This document shows, one piece after another, positions 18,533 through 21,570 of a DNA stretch of 21,570 nucleotides. Below the pieces are notes generated by a model, which was not told the DNA's origin, searched no databases, and saw only the letters and a program-made list of their open reading frames with translations. The stretch covers positions 1 to 21,570 of the forward strand of contig JBHIAH010000044.1 of NCBI GenBank assembly GCA_046758505.1, in the 5' to 3' direction. The position numbers and the translations under genes were made by a program. The stretch comes from Candidatus Methylomirabilales bacterium (lineage in GTDB: Bacteria > Methylomirabilota > Methylomirabilia > Methylomirabilales > CSP1-5). Position 1 is the first letter of the stretch. Every line of letters starts with the position of its first letter.

Positions 18533-19549
18533 ATGATCATCGTGATGCAGGCCGGGGCGTCCGAAGAGCAGCTCCAGGAGGTCCTGCGGCGGGTTGAGGA
18601 GGTGGGCTACCACTCACACCTCATCCGGGGGACCCACCGCAATGTGGTGGGGGCCGTTGGCGACGAGCGGGGGAAGGCCAGGCTCCAGAGCCTCGAGGCG
18701 TTACCGGGCGTGGAAAGCGTGGTTCCGATTCTCCAGCCGTTCAAGCTGGCCAGCCGGGAGTTCCGACGCCAAAAGACGGTCATCAAGGTGGGGGAGGTGG
18801 AAATCGGGGCCGAGCGCCTCGCGCTGATGGCCGGGCCCTGCTCGGTCGAGAGCGAGGCCCAGCTCCTCGAGGCGGCCCGCGCCGTCAAGGCGGCCGGGGC
18901 CACCATCCTCCGCGGGGGGGCGTTCAAGCCCCGCACCTCGCCGTACAGCTTCCAGGGACTCGGCGAGGAGGGGCTGAAACTGCTCGCGCTCGCCCGCGAG
19001 GCGACAGGGCTCAAGATCGTCACCGAGGTTCTCAATGATCGGGACGTCGAGCTGGTCGCTCGCTATGCCGACATTCTTCAGGTGGGGGCACGCAACATGC
19101 AAAACTTCGCCCTCCTGAATCTGGTCGGCGAGGCGCGCAAGCCGGTCCTCCTCAAGCGGGGCATGTCGGCCACCGTCAAAGACCTCCTGATGGCGGCGGA
19201 GTACATCCTCTCTCACGAAAATTACGACGTCATCCTCTGTGAGCGGGGGATCCGGACCTTCGAGACGGCGACCCGCTTCACCCTCGACCTCAACGCCGTC
19301 CCGGTCCTCCAGAAGCTCACCCATCTGCCGGTCATCGTCGATCCGAGCCACGGGACGGGCTACGCGGAGTACGTGACGGCCATGGCCCGGGCCGCCGTCG
19401 CCGCCGGGGCCGACGGCCTCATCGTCGAGGTCCACCCGAAACCCGAGGAGGCCCTCTCCGACGGGGTGCAGTCGCTCACGCCCCCCCGGTTCGAGGAACT
19501 CATGCGGCAGCTCGCGCCAGTGGCCAGGGCCGTCGGCCGCTCCCTCTGA
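18533..19549 (+). CDS. aroF: 3-deoxy-7-phosphoheptulonate (DAHP) synthase type I-beta with N-terminal ferredoxin-like regulatory domain
   Basis: MIIVM start 6 nt after [68 protein letters not shown]. Confidence 0.96.
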   Translation: MIIVMQAGASEEQLQEVLRRVEEVGYHSHLIRGTHRNVVGAVGDERGKARLQSLEALPGVESVVPILQPFKLASREFRRQKTVIKVGEVEIGAERLALMAGPCSVESEAQLLEAARAVKAAGATILRGGAFKPRTSPYSFQGLGEEGLKLLALAREATGLKIVTEVLNDRDVELVARYADILQVGARNMQNFALLNLVGEARKPVLLKRGMSATVKDLLMAAEYILSHENYDVILCERGIRTFETATRFTLDLNAVPVLQKLTHLPVIVDPSHGTGYAEYVTAMARAAVAAGADGLIVEVHPKPEEALSDGVQSLTPPRFEELMRQLAPVARAVGRSL

Positions 19550-19915
19550 TCCGCTTGCCCTTTACCCCACAGCGACAGTTTATTCGTCAGCGCACATCTG
19601 GGAAGCCCTGCTACCCGTCCTGGCCCAGAGGCGACTGGTGTCGAAGGGGGAACTGCCTGACGAGGTCAACGTAATGACGCGCGAGTCGAAAGGAAAAGCC
19701 CGGCATTAAAGCCCCCCGAGTCGAATCCCGGACCTCGTGGCTGCCAGCTCAGACCGGATATTACGATATCAGCACCTTCAGTCACTTGGGTGTGCAGGAC
19801 GCGGCAAGACATTCCATTGCGTGACCCGAAAACGCACCCTATGAGCAACCTTCGTTGAACTCATCCGCCCCGCGCGGCCCAAGGCCTTCACAGTCCATAA
19901 AATACAGAGGTTTGT

Positions 19916-20002
19916 GTTAACAGGAGCAGGCCTAGTTAACCTATGTTAACCGTTGTACTATACGTTAACACATGTTAACATGCTTACGTTAGATTAACAT
20001 TG
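19916..20002. promoter_or_regulatory. 29-bp-periodic GTTAAC array, candidate operator of the HTH-Doc operon
   Basis: GTTAAC at 19916, 19935, 19945, 19964, 19974 and ATTAAC at 19993 (spacings 19,10,19,10,19). Includes the perfect palindrome CATGTTAACATG at 19971-19982. Confidence 0.75.
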
Positions 20003-20021
20003 CGAGAGAGGTCTTAGAACC

Positions 20022-20279
20022 ATGACCACAGAGAATTACATCACTATTCCTGAACTGGCAAGGCTCCTCGGGGTCAGTCGGATCGCGATCTACAACCGCG
20101 TCAAGAAGGGGCAGATTCCTGCCACAAAGATAGGTCGGACTTACGTTATTACAGACAAGACCGTAGCAGACATCCTCGGCAGAAAGGTAACAGCCAAAGG
20201 GAGGAAACGGATCGATGCCGCGGTTGACAGGACAGTACGCGAATATGGAGAAGTGCTCAAGCGGTTGGGCAAAGAATAG
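20022..20279 (+). CDS. Putative antitoxin: excisionase-type (HTH_17) DNA-binding domain + Doc-partner-like C-terminal helix
   Basis: YITIPELARLLGVSRIAIYNRVKKGQIPATKIGRTYVI fits the Xis/HTH_17 pattern. Tail AVDRTVREYGEVLKRLGKE. SD GAGAGG; 1-bp overlap with the toxin gene. Confidence 0.8.
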   Translation: MTTENYITIPELARLLGVSRIAIYNRVKKGQIPATKIGRTYVITDKTVADILGRKVTAKGRKRIDAAVDRTVREYGEVLKRLGKE

Positions 20280-20698
20280 TGAGAATTATTACAGTATCGG
20301 ACGTAGAGTACCTTGCCTTCCGACTCGCAAAGGAACACCTCTCTTTCAATGAGCCAATTCCCGATTTCTCCACCCGGTTTCCTCATATACTTGAAAGCTG
20401 CGTCCTCACTCCGTTTCAGACATTTTCGGGGAAAGCTCTGTACCGATCGCTTATTGCCAAGGCCGGTATTCTCTTTTATCTCATGATCAAGAATCATCCT
20501 TTTCAGAATGGGAATAAGAGAATCGCCATCACCACTCTGCTCGTATTTCTCCTCTCCAACGGCAAGTGGATACACGTCGACACCCAGGAACTTTACAATT
20601 TCACGGTGTGGGTAGCGCAGAGCCCGTCACCGTTCAAGGACCAGGTCGTTGATGCGATACAGAAGTTCATTCGGAAGCATCTGGTGAACGCGGCCTAG
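20279..20698 (+). CDS. Death-on-curing (Doc/Fic family) type II toxin
   Basis: Small Fic domain: LES...PFQTF.G..LY....KA..LFY.MIKNHPFQNGNKRIA...LVFL..NG. The GNKR variant is the Doc subtype. Confidence 0.9.
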   Translation: MRIITVSDVEYLAFRLAKEHLSFNEPIPDFSTRFPHILESCVLTPFQTFSGKALYRSLIAKAGILFYLMIKNHPFQNGNKRIAITTLLVFLLSNGKWIHVDTQELYNFTVWVAQSPSPFKDQVVDAIQKFIRKHLVNAA

Positions 20699-21143
20699 TT
20701 GGACCGCGCCAGTGCGGTTGGAACCAAGGACCGCCAGCAACGATGGGAATAAGGCCGGGAAGACCATCTGGAGTGCTCCGTAGGAGGCTAGGCGGAAAGG
20801 GGGTCGGCGGCCCCTTCTCGCTTGGGAGGGAGACGGCGGGCCCAGATGGCGTCACTGTTGGACCACATGGAGAGGGACGTGCCAAATATGAACCCTGGCC
20901 TCCACCCTTGTAGTAATTGTACTTATCCCCTTTTCTCCGAATGTATATTCATGTGGCCGGCATAGTCAAGAATATCGAGCGGCTCAGGGCCCCCTTCGAG
21001 CTGTTCGCACAGACATTGAATCAACTGGTTGCCATTCGATCCGCCTCCGAGGAAACCCCGAATGTTGTACTCTGAGGTCGGGTGAAAGCAGGGCGGTCAA
21101 GTCGCTGGTTCACGGAACTCACCTGCTCTGCTACCCTCCCGCC

Positions 21144-21200
21144 ATGTCTCGTCCTCTCCGCATCGCATTCCCCACCGCCACTTTCCACGTGATGAATTAA
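21144..21200 (+). pseudogene. N-terminal remnant of a Y1/RAYT (IS200-like) transposase
   Basis: Translates MSRPLRIAFPTATFHVMN-stop, matching the typical start M(A/S)RPLRIE(F/Y)PGA.YHV(M/T)(N/S)RG. Truncated just before RG. Confidence 0.65.
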
Positions 21201-21469
21201 ATCAGCTCCCATTGGGCGGTTCGATTGACAAACTCGAATCCGAGAAACCCTGCCAGCTCCCGCGAGTACTTCCCCCCCCTCTCCTCTGAGGTGGTGTCGA
21301 ATAATTTCAGCGAGAAGGCTGGGCCCACAAGGGAAACCATGGACAGGGGCCAGGTGCCATAGCGCGAGATACCCTTCAAGGACAGGGTTACACTGCTGAC
21401 ATCCGAAAGCTGATAGACTTTCTCATTCCTGTAGGGGAAAAATTGCCGAGCACCCTGCTTATCCCCCAA
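21197..21469 (-). CDS. Hypothetical protein or 3' part of a frameshifted gene
   Basis: 90-codon ORF with weak TTG start, no SD and an in-frame TAG at 21476-21478. Protein-like sequence continues upstream in neighbouring frames. No family recognised. Confidence 0.4.
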   Translation of the reverse strand: MGDKQGARQFFPYRNEKVYQLSDVSSVTLSLKGISRYGTWPLSMVSLVGPAFSLKLFDTTSEERGGKYSRELAGFLGFEFVNRTAQWELI

Positions 21470-21570
21470 TAGTTCCTAACAACCGCCTCGCCCTTCATCT
21501 CTCGGCTCTTTCGACACTACCAATTGCTTGCCTTCGGGTTGCAGGCTCGCGTATATTTGCCCCGCAGATG

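Noticed and set aside
18321..18533. N-terminal extension of yebC in the ORF track (likewise potBC 9092-9289 and bactofilin 1414-1464)
   Set aside because: Canonical starts with SD sequences lie downstream; the extensions overlap promoters or neighbouring genes.
19657..19691. Hammerhead ribozyme core (CTGACGA...CGAAA)
   Set aside because: Stem II pairs poorly and no stems I/III with an NUH site could be built. CTGACGAG at 6258 lacks a GAAA partner.
19700..19745. tRNA/tmRNA-like GGATTCGAC on the minus strand
   Set aside because: No cloverleaf, acceptor stem, GGGG 5' end or CCA 3' end.
19916..20002. CRISPR array
   Set aside because: Repeats are 6 bp with 4/13-bp spacers, far too short, and no cas genes are present.
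20022..20279. Prophage excisionase
   Set aside because: No integrase or phage genes nearby; the overlap with doc and the C-terminal helix favour an antitoxin.

Overview
GC-rich bacterial chromosomal window, mostly housekeeping. The lineage cannot be fixed from sequence; Methylomirabilota/NC10-like or similar is only a guess. Left end: a minus-strand cell-shape-type cluster (two bactofilins plus the 5' end of a probable membrane-anchored M23-type gene) behind a strong sigma-54 promoter match. It diverges from cobB, a DUF3568-like/TPR lipoprotein and two SAM methyltransferases. A 500-bp palindrome-rich intergenic gap follows. Then comes a ~12-kb minus-strand run: yebC-ruvC-(secreted hypothetical)-ruvA-ruvB-DUF2905-spoIID-like-queA-(Zn-ribbon/NucS-like with degenerate active site)-tgt-yajC-potA-fused potBC-potD. 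Divergent from it is aroF, whose leader contains a terminator. After aroF an apparently lower-GC accessory stretch carries an excisionase-type HTH antitoxin + Doc toxin pair, preceded by a strictly 29-bp-periodic GTTAAC array, plus a truncated Y1/RAYT-type transposase start and decayed gene pieces. Best leads: the HTH-Doc module with its phased array, the apparent pseudo-nuclease coupled into queA-tgt, inverted heptamer-array elements, the sigma-54 bactofilin/M23 operon and the aroF attenuator-like leader. No rRNA, tRNA, CRISPR array or integrase was seen.
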